NCBI GenBank assembly: GCA_963847185.1
Contig: CAWJYV010000008.1
Location: 800,001-864,000 of the forward strand
Length of the DNA stretch: 64,000 bases
Source: an uncultured Methanosarcinaceae archaeon
GTDB lineage: Archaea; Halobacteriota; Methanosarcinia; Methanosarcinales; Methanosarcinaceae
Reading direction: 5' to 3'
Shown piece after piece: positions 1 to 9,936 of the stretch. The notes below the pieces were generated by a model, which saw only the letters and a list, made by a program, of their open reading frames with translations, made no database searches and was not told the DNA's origin. Position 1 is the stretch's first letter; each line of letters begins with the position of its first letter. Both the position numbers and the translations under genes were made by a program.

Positions 1-25
1 CTGGGTTCGATTCCCGGCAGACCTG
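1..25 (+). tRNA. 3' end of a tRNA (T-arm and acceptor 3' strand); isotype not determinable
   Basis: CTGGG-TTCGATT-CCCGG is a T-stem/TpsiC loop, followed by a 7-nt acceptor strand CAGACCT and discriminator G. The rest lies before the window. Confidence 0.75.
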
Positions 26-600
26 TAGCTAAAAAAGTCTCAAAGGTTCGCTTAATGGTTCGTGGATTAAATCGTCGCTTTTTACGTGTTGGGAGAAAAT
101 TATCTTTAGTTCATTTAATCTTCATAGTAATAATATTGTATTTTCTACTGCGGATTCTTTTGCCACTTTTGTGGACTTTGATTTTAGTCATTGCTTTGAT
201 TCTTATTTTAAAATTAGTGCTTGAAAACTTTTAATTTTGATTTTTATTTTACCCCTATTCCTGCCTGTTTCAGACATTCCTGCTATTCGGTCTCTTACAA
301 AACAGTCTTATGATCAAAAAAGAGCAATAGAATTGTTCAATGAAGTGCATGATTTTTTAATTGATGTGTACAAGCTTTATTTCAAAGGGTGGGAGTATCA
401 AGAGCATCATCAAAAATATGGAATGGGTCTTGAGAAGGTTGACATTATAAAGTTTAATCTAGCGATTCGATTCCAAAATAAATTTCTTATTTAATAGAAA
501 ATTCGTGATTGATAGGTAGATTTAAAAGTCAGTTTTTATGAACATATTTCGGAATCGAAGTACTTGTATAAAATAAAAAGGAAACCAGATTACTCTGGCT

Positions 601-2010
601 TCACTTTTCTTTCAAATACTCATCAATTGCCTTTGCTGCTTTTTTGCCTGCACCCATTGCGCTGATGACGGTTGCTGCGCCTGTAACTACATCTCCGCCT
701 GCAAAGACTCCGCATTTGGAGGTTGCACCGGTCTCTTCGTCTGCAACAACAGTGCCTCTTTTGCTCTGCTCAAGGCCTTCAGAGCCTTTGAAAATGATGG
801 GATTCGGGGATGTGCCTATGGCAATAACTACAACATCAGCAGGGATTGTGAATTCCGAGCCTTCAACAGGAACTGGGCTTCTTCTACCGGATTTGTCGGG
901 TTCGCCAAGTTCCATTTTAATGCATTCGACTGCAGTAACATTGAACTTCTCGTCACCAAGGATGCGGATAGGGTTTGTAAGGAGCCTGAAAATAATGCCT
1001 TCTTCCTTAGCGTGCTCGATTTCTTCTCTCCTGGCTGGCATTTCGTCTTCTCCGCGGCGGTAGACTATGCTGACCTCCTCGGCACCAAGGCGGAGGGCAG
1101 AGCGGGCTGCATCCATTGCTACGTTTCCGCCTCCTACAACTACTACGTGTTTCCCAAGCCTGACTCTTGTGTCATACTCAGGGTCATAGGCTTTCATAAG
1201 GTTTACACGGGTCAGGAATTCGTTTGCCGAGTATACCCCGCTGAAGTTTTCGCCCTGAATTCCCATAAAGGTAGGAAGACCAGCTCCCGTGCCCAGGAAA
1301 ACAGCATCAAACTCGTCACAGAGCTCATCCAGGGTCTTGATTCTGCCAATTATATAGTTAGGCTTTAACTCAACTCCCAGATTCTTGATATACTCTATCT
1401 CCTGCCTTACAATTTCTTTTGGCAGCCTGAACTCGGGGATGCCGTAACTCAGGACTCCGCCTGCTTTGTGCAGGGACTCAAAAATTGTTACTTTGTGTCC
1501 CAGCTTTGCAAGGTCTGCTGCGGCAGTGAGACCTGCAGGTCCTGAGCCGACAATAGCTACTTTCTTTTCAGTGGATTCAGGAACTTCAGAGGCCTTTACG
1601 CCTTTCTGACGCTCATAATCGGCACAGAAACGTTCGAGCCTTCCGATCGCCACCGGCCGTCCCTTCTTCCCGAGTACGCAAAGGGCTTCGCATTGGGTCT
1701 CCTGGGGGCAGACGCGGCCACAGATGGCAGGAAGAGCATTTGTGCCTTTTATCTTCTCAATTGCCCCTTCAAAGTCTTCTTCACATACCAGCTTGATAAA
1801 ACCGGGAATATCCACATTCACAGGGCAGCCTTCGACACATTTCGGGTCTTTACAGGAGAGGCAGCGTGAGGCCTCAGCAAGAGCATCTTCTTTTGTGTAT
1901 CCGAGAGCTACTTCATTAAAGTTTTTTCTACGCTCTTCTGCAGGCTGTTCTGGCATAGGGGTTCTTTCTTTCCTTGCTTTTCCTGTTTTCCCTTCATATA
2001 ATTCTTGCAT
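601..2010 (-). CDS. nfnB: NADH-dependent reduced ferredoxin:NADP+ oxidoreductase large subunit (NfnB/SudA, GltD-like)
   Basis: Fe-S motifs CLSCxxxxCxxxCP and CGRVCPQETQCE; GSGPAG FAD site; GGGNVAMD and YRR NADPH site; directly downstream of a NfnA-like gene. Confidence 0.9.
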   Translation of the reverse strand: MQELYEGKTGKARKERTPMPEQPAEERRKNFNEVALGYTKEDALAEASRCLSCKDPKCVEGCPVNVDIPGFIKLVCEEDFEGAIEKIKGTNALPAICGRVCPQETQCEALCVLGKKGRPVAIGRLERFCADYERQKGVKASEVPESTEKKVAIVGSGPAGLTAAADLAKLGHKVTIFESLHKAGGVLSYGIPEFRLPKEIVRQEIEYIKNLGVELKPNYIIGRIKTLDELCDEFDAVFLGTGAGLPTFMGIQGENFSGVYSANEFLTRVNLMKAYDPEYDTRVRLGKHVVVVGGGNVAMDAARSALRLGAEEVSIVYRRGEDEMPARREEIEHAKEEGIIFRLLTNPIRILGDEKFNVTAVECIKMELGEPDKSGRRSPVPVEGSEFTIPADVVVIAIGTSPNPIIFKGSEGLEQSKRGTVVADEETGATSKCGVFAGGDVVTGAATVISAMGAGKKAAKAIDEYLKEK

Positions 2011-2026
2011 TTTTTATCCCTTCCTT

Positions 2027-2872
2027 TCAGTGCAGCCCGCACCTGCATTCTTCTTCATACTTCTCTACGGCTTTTGTCTCTTCACCGCGATACATTGCAA
2101 GCCTGTTCATTAGCTCTACAAAGTCAACTTTACGTGCATTAAATTCAGGTCCGTCAACGCAGGTAAATTTCGTTTTTCCATCCACAGTAACCCTGCATCC
2201 GCCGCACATCCCTGTTCCGTCAACCATAATGGAGTTAAGGCTAACCAGAATTTCAACGTCATAGGGGGAAGCTACGCCAGCAGCTACTTTCATCATAATT
2301 GGAGGTCCGATGATCACGACCCTTGCAACCTTTTCGCCGCTGTCCAGGATCCTTTTCATAACGTCAGTCACAAATCCGTGGTGTCCTTTTGACCCGTCAT
2401 CGGTTGCAATATACAGTTCTGAACTGGCTTTTTGCATTTCGTCTTCAAGAATAAGGAGGTCTTTGTTCCTTGCCCCTATAATGGAAATTACCTTGTTGCC
2501 TGCTTTAGTGTAAGCCTTTGCCTGGGGATAAATAGGTGCAACTCCTACCCCTCCGCCTACAAGAATTACAGTGCCGAGTTTTGTGATATCTGCAGGGGTT
2601 CCAAGAGGTCCGACAAAATCTTCCAGAGACTTCTCTACCGAAAGTTTTGCAAGCTGTTTTGTAGTCTTGCCCATCTCTTGGAAAATTACGGTTACTGTGC
2701 CTTTTTCTTTTTCAAAATCAGCAATTGTGAGGGGAATCCTTTCCCCCCTCTCATCAATTCTGAGAATTATGAACTGTCCGGCTTTTGCAGCTTTTGCCAC
2801 GTCAGGGGCATCTATGACCATTCTGTGCACCGACGGGGCTATTTCTTCCTTTTCCAGTATTTTATATGCCAT
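2027..2872 (-). CDS. nfnA: NfnA/SudB small subunit (PyrK-like FAD/[2Fe-2S] protein)
   Basis: ERIPLTIAD, GGGVG, DGTGMCGGCRV...CVDGPEF motifs. Confidence 0.9.
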   Translation of the reverse strand: MAYKILEKEEIAPSVHRMVIDAPDVAKAAKAGQFIILRIDERGERIPLTIADFEKEKGTVTVIFQEMGKTTKQLAKLSVEKSLEDFVGPLGTPADITKLGTVILVGGGVGVAPIYPQAKAYTKAGNKVISIIGARNKDLLILEDEMQKASSELYIATDDGSKGHHGFVTDVMKRILDSGEKVARVVIIGPPIMMKVAAGVASPYDVEILVSLNSIMVDGTGMCGGCRVTVDGKTKFTCVDGPEFNARKVDFVELMNRLAMYRGEETKAVEKYEEECRCGLH

Positions 2873-3213
2873 ACGATCACATTTTCCTGAGTAAAAAGAA
2901 TATTTCCTGAGCAGATGAATCGATAAATTTTAACTGTAGCGGAGTTTCACAAAAGTCTTAAACTCTGTATTTTTCCCGCGTGGATTTCTTCCTATAATGG
3001 TTAATGGGATATATATTCTCCCAAATAATTTTAATTATTCTTCCCAGTTTGCATTATTTTTATTAGATATTGTACGCTGGCTTCTTAAGATCTCTTTCAC
3101 AAAAATAGAATGTGCTTTTTTGTACTCTTTTGTTATTGTCACAAAAATTTAATAAATCTAGTGGGTGTAATAAAATTAGGGGCAAAATCCCAGATCTATT
3201 TTATCAGGGAATA

Positions 3214-3354
3214 ATGGAAAGGAGGGATGAAGGAGAGCTGGTCAACAGGTCTGAAGTCGAACCATTTTAGTTTAAAGATCCATTTACTGAAAAGGAAAAG
3301 TATTACTCAAGAGACTGTTTGCTCGCCGCAATAGGATCTGATAATCTTTCGTAG
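3214..3354 (+). pseudogene. Possible small ORF with internal TAG (46 codons); decayed or amber read-through
   Basis: Reads MERRDEGELVNRSEVEPF*FKDPFTEKEKYYSRDCLLAAIGSDNLS*; TAG at 3268-3270; AGGGA just upstream of the ATG. Confidence 0.25.
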
Positions 3355-3509
3355 AACCTCAGTGGATTGAAGGTGTTGAAAAAACAATCTTTATAAGGTC
3401 TGAAAAATGGAAATCCTTCGAAGGTTAACCGGGTCCTGGAAAATTAGATTGAAACCTAATATGAAAATACTATTTTCAAAGGTGTAAGTTGATTAAGGGA
3501 GTTGAATCT

Positions 3510-3626
3510 ATGCCAGAACAAAAGAAGAATGAAGAAAAGAAAGAAGAAGAAGCTAAAGTCGAGCCTATACACCCTTCCGAACAGAGGGGAGGTAAAAAGA
3601 AAGGTCTTCTGGACACCTGTAAGTAA
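3510..3626 (+). CDS. Small charged protein, 38 aa (below the ORF-track cutoff)
   Basis: MPEQKKNEEKKEEEAKVEPIHPSEQRGGKKKGLLDTCK; AAGGGAG Shine-Dalgarno-like motif upstream; T-rich terminator-like tract downstream. Confidence 0.6.
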   Translation: MPEQKKNEEKKEEEAKVEPIHPSEQRGGKKKGLLDTCK

Positions 3627-3757
3627 TCAGGCTTTTATTTTTACGTTTATTCTATTTTATCCATATTTTTTCTTTTTTTGAACTGGAATAAATTTCAGCT
3701 AAATTTATGCTACACAGGTATTGAGGATAGGAATCAGTCTATTTTTTTCACAAATTT

Positions 3758-3779
3758 TATATGGGCATATGCCCATATA
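3758..3779. promoter_or_regulatory. Perfect 22-bp palindrome overlapping the TATA box; putative ArsR operator
   Basis: TATATGGGCAT|ATGCCCATATA overlaps TTTTATAT (3755-3762) and ends just before the arsR ATG. Confidence 0.7.
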
Positions 3780-3784
3780 TCCAT

Positions 3785-4141
3785 ATGTCTATGCTTGAAA
3801 ATAAAGCTAAATTCTTCAGAGCCCTCGGAGATGAAACAAGACTTACAATTCTCTCCTATCTTCTGGAGCACAGCTACTGTGCCTGTGATTTTGCCCCTCT
3901 TACGGAAAAAGATCAGACAACGGTTTCAAAGCATCTAAGAGTTCTCGTTGAGGCCGATATTTTAAAATACGAAAAGAAGGGGCGAAATATCATCTACAGC
4001 ATAAGAAATGAGGATATCAGGAAAATTCTGCTTTTCCTTGGAGTAGGGGAGGTAAAGCCCTGCTGCAAGGGTCCGGAAGACTTTCGGATTTGTTGTAAGG
4101 ATGAAGTCGAAGACAAAAAAGGAAGTAAAGGACATATTTAA
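3785..4141 (+). CDS. arsR: ArsR/SmtB family transcriptional regulator
   Basis: FRALGDETRL...CACDF...VSKHLRVL HTH; C-terminal CC pairs. Start at 3785 or 3791; the 3761 ATG lies inside the operator. Confidence 0.85.
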   Translation: MSMLENKAKFFRALGDETRLTILSYLLEHSYCACDFAPLTEKDQTTVSKHLRVLVEADILKYEKKGRNIIYSIRNEDIRKILLFLGVGEVKPCCKGPEDFRICCKDEVEDKKGSKGHI

Positions 4142-4155
4142 GGATAGGTGGAAGA

Positions 4156-4901
4156 ATGGATTCAAGTGAAAAAAAAGAAGCTATTAAAAAAAATATGGCG
4201 AAATTGCAATGGCAGGCGGTTCATGTTGTTGCAACAGTACCTGTTGTGGAAATTCGAATGTAGCTAATATTCTAAATCTATTGGCTACTCAGAGGACCAG
4301 ATTATGTCTGTTCCGGATGCAAATTTCGGCCTCGGCCGTGGCAATCCGACAGCTTTTGCAGAACTGAAATCTGGTGATGTAGCCCTTGATTTAGGCTCTG
4401 GTACAGGATTTGATTGCTTTCTTGCCGCACAGAAGGTCGGAAATTCTGGGAGGGTCATTGGAGTTGATATGACTCAAACTATGCTTGAAAAAGCACAGAC
4501 TAATGCTCTTAGGTATGGTTATCCAAATGTTGAATTCCGTCTGGGGGATATTGAGCTCTTCCGGTTGAGAATATGTCAGTTGACGTAATTATCAGCATTG
4601 CGTTATCAATCTGGCCCCGGATAAAGAAAAGGTTTTCAGAGAGGCCTTTTGGGTCCTGAAACCAGGGGGCAGGATGTACATTTCGGATATGGTCCTTCTC
4701 GCCGAGCTTCCTGAAGACCTGAAAGACAACGAAGATTTGCTTGCAGGTTGCGTTGCAGGTGCGCTCTTAAAGGAAGAGTATCTCAGACTTTTGAAAAAAG
4801 CCGGTTTTTCAGTTGAGATTCTGGGTGAAGATTCGGATATAAGTAAAAGACAATATGGAAGTCTTCCTGTAGAGAGTTTGAAACTGAAAGCCTGGATATG
4901 A
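4156..4901 (+). pseudogene. arsM: Arsenite S-adenosylmethionine methyltransferase, frameshifted
   Basis: Pieces in several frames: SCCCNSTCCG, GLG(R)[28 protein letters not shown]. Four 1-bp deletions restore one frame. Confidence 0.85.
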
Positions 4902-5301
4902 AAGTTCTCAGCCTTAATGATTACCTTTTCTAAATTCCTTGGTTCTATCAACAGCTTTTGATAGAGCTTTTCATTTTAAATATTTCTCAAAACTCTTCTT
5001 TTTGTAGATAGTTGAAAAAACTTCTTATTAAATGAAAGTATTTAATAATGTTAATTTAAAAGAGATTGGTTGGAAGGATGTAATCTAAAAGATATGCTTG
5101 AAATTATTTTAGCTAATCAGTGGCTCAGGTATTCTTCGTTTAAGAGTCTTTAATGATTCTCTTTTTATACCTTGCTTCATATGTCTTTCAGCGTATTTAT
5201 AATATATTCTTCGAATAATGTCTTTACTTGGCTATTCCAAATTGATCTATATCCTTGACATACTTATCTAAGAGCATAATTGTTTTAACAATCTAAAGGA
5301 G

Positions 5302-6678
5302 TTGACAGGCATAAAATCAATAATTCTTGCAGGTGGCTCAGGAACTCGCCTCTGGCCTCTCAGCCGGGAAATGTATCCTAAACAATTTTTAAAGTTTGGT
5401 AATACATCTCTTTTCCAGGAGACTGTACTCCGATGCCTTGAAGTTTCCGACATATCAGAAATTTTTGTCGTAACAAATGAAGTTCAGAAATTTTTCGTAA
5501 TCGGACAGATAAAGGAAATTGGATGTTCAATTCTTCCTGAAAATGTTTTAATTGAACCTGAAGGTAAGAATACACTTCCTGCAATTTTCTTCGGAATGAA
5601 AGAGATTGAGAAAAAATTTGGGGATTCTGTAGTGGGAGTATTTTCTTCCGATCACGTACTTGACAAAGCTGCAATGCAAACAATTTCTTCAGCTGAAATC
5701 CTGGCTTCGGATTTTCTGGTTACTTTTGGGATTGTTCCTAGTTTCCCTCATACCGGATATGGATATATTAAAACCTCAGAATCCTGCGGTCCCGGATATA
5801 GAGTTTCAGAGTTTAGAGAAAAACCGGATTGCGATACTGCGGAAAAATACCTTAAAGAAGGTTGTCTCTGGAATAGTGGCATGTTTCTTTTTGAGACAGG
5901 GCTTTTCTTTGAAGAGGTTAAGAAGTACGCACCTTCTGTTTTCGCTTCATTTGAGAATGGAAAGGATATAAATGAGATTTATGCAAATGTGGAGAAAGTT
6001 TCTATTGATTACGGGATCATGGAAAAATCCGATAGAGTAGCAGTTGTAATACTTGAACAGAAGTGGAGCGATCTGGGAAATTTTGAAGCAATTTATGATG
6101 AGTTCGAAAAAGATTCTGTAGGGAATGTCGTTTATGAATGCGATCCTCTGCTAATTAATTCTGATGGAAACCTCATATATTCAAAATGCGGTAAAATTGT
6201 CTCACTTATCGATGTTAAGGATATGGTTATCGTTGATACGAGTGATGCTCTTTTGATCTGTCCCAAATCCAGCAGTCAGCAAGTGAAGGAGATCGTCACC
6301 GAACTTAAGAGCAGGGAAGATGAAAGAGCGTATATCGGGCAGACAGTCTACAGGCCCTGGGGCTCCTATACCTTACTTGAGGCCTCTCCAGAACATAAAA
6401 TTAAAAATATCACTGTCCTTCCTGATCACAAATTAAGTCTCCAGCTACACTACCATAGGAGTGAGCACTGGGTAATTGTAAAAGGTATGGCATGTGTGGA
6501 AGTTAATGGTCAGCAATTTTTCCTGAGGCCCGGAGAAAGTACTTTTATCAGGGCAGGGGAAAGGCACAGATTGTCTAATCCCGGTAAGGTTCCACTCGAG
6601 ATTATTGAAGTGCAGTTGGGGGAACTTGTTGATGAAGCGGACATTGTCAGATTTGATGATGTCTACGGGAGGCATTGA
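5302..6678 (+). CDS. manC: Mannose-1-phosphate guanylyltransferase / mannose-6-phosphate isomerase
   Basis: LAGGSGTRLWPLSR, EPEGKNT, WSDLG, C-terminal cupin RPWG...HYHRSEHW. Confidence 0.93.
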   Translation: MTGIKSIILAGGSGTRLWPLSREMYPKQFLKFGNTSLFQETVLRCLEVSDISEIFVVTNEVQKFFVIGQIKEIGCSILPENVLIEPEGKNTLPAIFFGMKEIEKKFGDSVVGVFSSDHVLDKAAMQTISSAEILASDFLVTFGIVPSFPHTGYGYIKTSESCGPGYRVSEFREKPDCDTAEKYLKEGCLWNSGMFLFETGLFFEEVKKYAPSVFASFENGKDINEIYANVEKVSIDYGIMEKSDRVAVVILEQKWSDLGNFEAIYDEFEKDSVGNVVYECDPLLINSDGNLIYSKCGKIVSLIDVKDMVIVDTSDALLICPKSSSQQVKEIVTELKSREDERAYIGQTVYRPWGSYTLLEASPEHKIKNITVLPDHKLSLQLHYHRSEHWVIVKGMACVEVNGQQFFLRPGESTFIRAGERHRLSNPGKVPLEIIEVQLGELVDEADIVRFDDVYGRH

Positions 6679-7235
6679 AAAATATGAGGGTAATAGATAC
6701 GGAAATAAGTGATCTATTCATACTGGAACCTAAAGTTTTTGGAGATAACCGGGGCTACTTTTTTGAAAGCTATAATAAAATGGCACTGGATAATCTTCTA
6801 GGAATAGGATATGATTTTATTCAGGACAATGAGTCAAAATCGTCGTATGGAGTGATCCGCGGCCTGCACTATCAACTATCTCCCTTCAGTCAGGCAAAGC
6901 TTGTAAGGGTTTTAGAAGGGAAAGTATATGACGTTGCAGTAGATCTCAGGAAAGATTCTCCCACTTTTCTGGACTGGGTCGGAGTTGAGCTTTCCGCTGA
7001 AAATAAAAGACAACTTTTTATTCCTAAAGGCTTTGCTCATGGATTTTCCGTACTGAGTGAAACTGCTATCTTTGTATACAAATGCGATGAATATTATCAT
7101 CCAGAAGCTGAAGCAGGAATTATCTATAATGACCCTTCATTGAATATTGACTGGAAAATTAAAGGCGAAAATGTAAAAATTTCTCAGAAGGATATGTTGC
7201 TTCCAAAAGTGGAAGATGCTAAGATGAATTTTTAA
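6675..7235 (+). CDS. rfbC: dTDP-4-dehydrorhamnose 3,5-epimerase
   Basis: DNRGYFFE, RGLHYQ, GFAHGF; alternative ATG at 6684. Confidence 0.93.
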   Translation: MKNMRVIDTEISDLFILEPKVFGDNRGYFFESYNKMALDNLLGIGYDFIQDNESKSSYGVIRGLHYQLSPFSQAKLVRVLEGKVYDVAVDLRKDSPTFLDWVGVELSAENKRQLFIPKGFAHGFSVLSETAIFVYKCDEYYHPEAEAGIIYNDPSLNIDWKIKGENVKISQKDMLLPKVEDAKMNF

Positions 7236-7336
7236 TATTTTATAAAATTTTAATTTTGTACTATTAATAGATGAGTTATATAATATCTGTATTGTAGTGA
7301 ATGGATTATTTATTGACATATTAAGGGGTAATCTGA

Positions 7337-8293
7337 ATGAAACTTCTAATAACTGGCGGTTGTGGATTCATAGGCAGTAACTTCATCCATTATATGATGA
7401 AAAAGTGCCCCCACTATCAAGTTGTAAATCTTGACAAGTTAACTTATGCCGGAAATCCTGCCAATCTTAAGGATATTGAAAATAACCCAAATTATTCTTT
7501 TGTGCAGGGAGATATCTGTGATTCTGAAGTTGTTGATAAAGTAATGAATGAAGTAGATCAGGTTGTGCATTTCGCAGCTGAAAGTCATGTTGACCGTTCA
7601 ATTGAGGATGGGTCGGTTTTCGTCAGGACAAACGTGCTTGGGACAAATACTCTTTTGCAAAGTGCGCTTGCACATAATGTTAAAAAGTTTATTCATGTTT
7701 CAACTGATGAAGTTTACGGCAGCATTAAAGAAGGCTCTTTTACCGAAAAAGATAACCTGAATCCATCAAGTCCTTATTCTTCAAGCAAAGCAGGTTCAGA
7801 TCTTCTTGCCCTCTCTTATTACACAACTTACGGCCTGCCAGTTTGTGTTACCAGATGCACAAACAACTTCGGACCTTATCAGTACCCTGAAAAGCTGATT
7901 CCGTTTTTCATCAGCAGATTGATGGAAGGGAAAAAGGTTCCAATCTATGGTACAGGCCTGAACATCAGGGACTGGATCTATGTTGAAGATCATTGTTCTG
8001 CAGTAGATTTTGTCCTGCATAACGGAAAAAACGGAGAAATCTATAATATAGACGGCGGAAACGAACTTACAAACCTCGAAATTACTTACCGCCTTCTTAA
8101 AATGCTTAGCAAAAACGAATTTTCAATTGAATACGTAGAAGATCGAAAAGGTCACGATTTCCGTTATTCTCTTGATGGTAGCAAACTGGAAGAAATGGGC
8201 TGGAAGCCCAGGTATGACTTTGATACTGCACTTGAGCAAACAGTGAAATGGTATGTTGAGAATCGTTGGTGGTGGGAGCCATTAAAACACTGA
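7337..8293 (+). CDS. rfbB: dTDP-glucose 4,6-dehydratase
   Basis: GGCGFIG, HFAAESHVDRSI, STDEVYG, YSSSK. Confidence 0.95.
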   Translation: MKLLITGGCGFIGSNFIHYMMKKCPHYQVVNLDKLTYAGNPANLKDIENNPNYSFVQGDICDSEVVDKVMNEVDQVVHFAAESHVDRSIEDGSVFVRTNVLGTNTLLQSALAHNVKKFIHVSTDEVYGSIKEGSFTEKDNLNPSSPYSSSKAGSDLLALSYYTTYGLPVCVTRCTNNFGPYQYPEKLIPFFISRLMEGKKVPIYGTGLNIRDWIYVEDHCSAVDFVLHNGKNGEIYNIDGGNELTNLEITYRLLKMLSKNEFSIEYVEDRKGHDFRYSLDGSKLEEMGWKPRYDFDTALEQTVKWYVENRWWWEPLKH

Positions 8294-9075
8294 TTATCGG
8301 TGCAAGCGGGATGCTTGGCTTCGATCTCTGTAAAGTGTTTCCTGAGGCTGTCAAGCTGACACACAGGGGACTTGATATCACAAAAAGAGATCAAGTTCTT
8401 GAGTTTATCCAGAAAATAAATCCGGATCTTGTAATAAATGCGGCTGCCTATACTGATGTTGAGGGATGTGAGGATAAGCAGGAATTGGCATTTCAGGTTA
8501 ATGGATATGGGCCAGGATACATCGCTGAAGCCTGCAATAAAATCGGGTCAACACTTGTCCACTTCAGCACGGACTATGTATTTGACGGGTCCAGGACTGA
8601 ATATATCGAGTCCGATACTCCCAATCCTATCAATGTATATGGCCGTTCAAAACTCCTTGGAGAACAGGAAATTGCAAAAAAGCTGGACGATTATAGGATT
8701 ATAAGGATTTCCTGGCTTTTTGGCATCCACGGAAAAAATTTTGTAGATACAATGCTGAAATTATCTGGTGAGATGGCCGAAGTTAAAGTTGTAAATGACC
8801 AGTTTGGAAAACCCACTTATACCTTAGACCTTGCACATAAAATTGCGGCTATTACTGAACTTGAAGCTGGCATATACCACATGACAAATGAAGGGGTATG
8901 TTCCTGGTACGAGTTTGCATCTGCCTTTATAGATAATGCTGTTCCATGTACAAGTGAAGAGTTTCCAAGAAAAGCCAAACGCCCAAAGTACTCAGTTCTT
9001 TTAAATACTAAAGCCGAGCCCATGAGGCACTGGAAAGAAGCACTTAAAGATTATCTTAAGGAGAGAAATGTATGA
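8266..9075 (+). CDS. rfbD: dTDP-4-dehydrorhamnose reductase
   Basis: GASGMLG, AAYTDV, STDYVFDG, YGRSK; exact start uncertain. Confidence 0.92.
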   Translation: MVVGAIKTLIIGASGMLGFDLCKVFPEAVKLTHRGLDITKRDQVLEFIQKINPDLVINAAAYTDVEGCEDKQELAFQVNGYGPGYIAEACNKIGSTLVHFSTDYVFDGSRTEYIESDTPNPINVYGRSKLLGEQEIAKKLDDYRIIRISWLFGIHGKNFVDTMLKLSGEMAEVKVVNDQFGKPTYTLDLAHKIAAITELEAGIYHMTNEGVCSWYEFASAFIDNAVPCTSEEFPRKAKRPKYSVLLNTKAEPMRHWKEALKDYLKERNV

Positions 9076-9779
9076 AAGGCATAATACTCGCAGGCGGTAC
9101 CGGCAGCAGGCTCTACCCCCTGACTAAAGTCACAAACAAGCACCTTTTGCCTGTTTACGACAGGCCGATGATATTTTATCCTATCCAGACTCTTGTTGAT
9201 GCAGGGATCAAAGAGATTATGATCGTATCCGGTCGAGGTCATGCCGGACATTTTCTTGAGCTTCTGGGGTCAGGTGCAGATATCGGAGTTAAATTCACTT
9301 ACGAAATTCAAGAAGAAGCCGGAGGGATTGCACAGGCTTTAGGCCTTGCAGGGAGTTTTGCCGATGAAGACGATGTTACAGTAATTCTTGGAGACAATAT
9401 TTTCCAGGATAACATTAAAGAGGACGTCTCAAACTTTAAAGACGGTGCCAAAATTTTCTTAAAGGAAGTCCCTGATGCTCACAGGTTTGGAGTAGCTGAA
9501 CTAAAAGGCAATAAAGTAGCAGGAATAGTGGAAAAACCTCGTGAGCCAAAAAGCAATTTTGCGGTTACCGGCCTTTATATATATAGCAATAATGTGTTCA
9601 AAATTATTAAAAACCTTAAGCCTTCTGCAAGAGGGGAACTTGAGATTACTGATGTTAATAATTATTTTGTTAACAACGGAACTATGGAATATCGTATTCT
9701 GGATGGTTTCTGGAGTGATGCAGGTACCTTTGAAAGTTTATTGAGAGCCAGTTTGATAGTTAAAAATCAAATAAGTTGA
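9072..9779 (+). CDS. rfbA: Glucose-1-phosphate thymidylyltransferase (short form)
   Basis: LAGGTGSRLYPLT, KHLLPVYD, LGDNIF, RGELEITD. Confidence 0.9.
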   Translation: MKGIILAGGTGSRLYPLTKVTNKHLLPVYDRPMIFYPIQTLVDAGIKEIMIVSGRGHAGHFLELLGSGADIGVKFTYEIQEEAGGIAQALGLAGSFADEDDVTVILGDNIFQDNIKEDVSNFKDGAKIFLKEVPDAHRFGVAELKGNKVAGIVEKPREPKSNFAVTGLYIYSNNVFKIIKNLKPSARGELEITDVNNYFVNNGTMEYRILDGFWSDAGTFESLLRASLIVKNQIS

Positions 9780-9794
9780 ATTTTAACTATTAAT

Positions 9795-9936
9795 CCCTCT
9801 TTCCGCACTTGATCACAAATGTATAATTAATTTCCAATTATCCAAAAATTCTCGTCAAACGAAAGGCTGGATTTTAACCAATTTTCATTTTTTGAGAAAA
9901 TTAATGGCATTTTTGTGTTTGAGTGCGGAGGGTGGG
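9795..9936. mobile_element. MITE-like non-autonomous element, 142 bp, probably IS1634-family derived
   Basis: Terminal inverted repeats CCCTCTTTCCGCACT and AGTGCGGAGGGTGGG (12/15 match); flanked by ATTAAT and ATCAAT (6-bp duplication, 1 mismatch); no ORF. Confidence 0.65.

Noticed and set aside
26-494. Integrated element or attachment site after the tRNA; 85-aa ORF 237-494
   Set aside because: No integrase and no second copy of the tRNA 3' end seen in the window. The ORF has a TTG start, no RBS and no motif; at most a fragment.
601-2010. Glutamate synthase small subunit GltD
   Set aside because: No GltB nearby, and it is paired with a PyrK-like subunit, which indicates NfnAB/SudAB.
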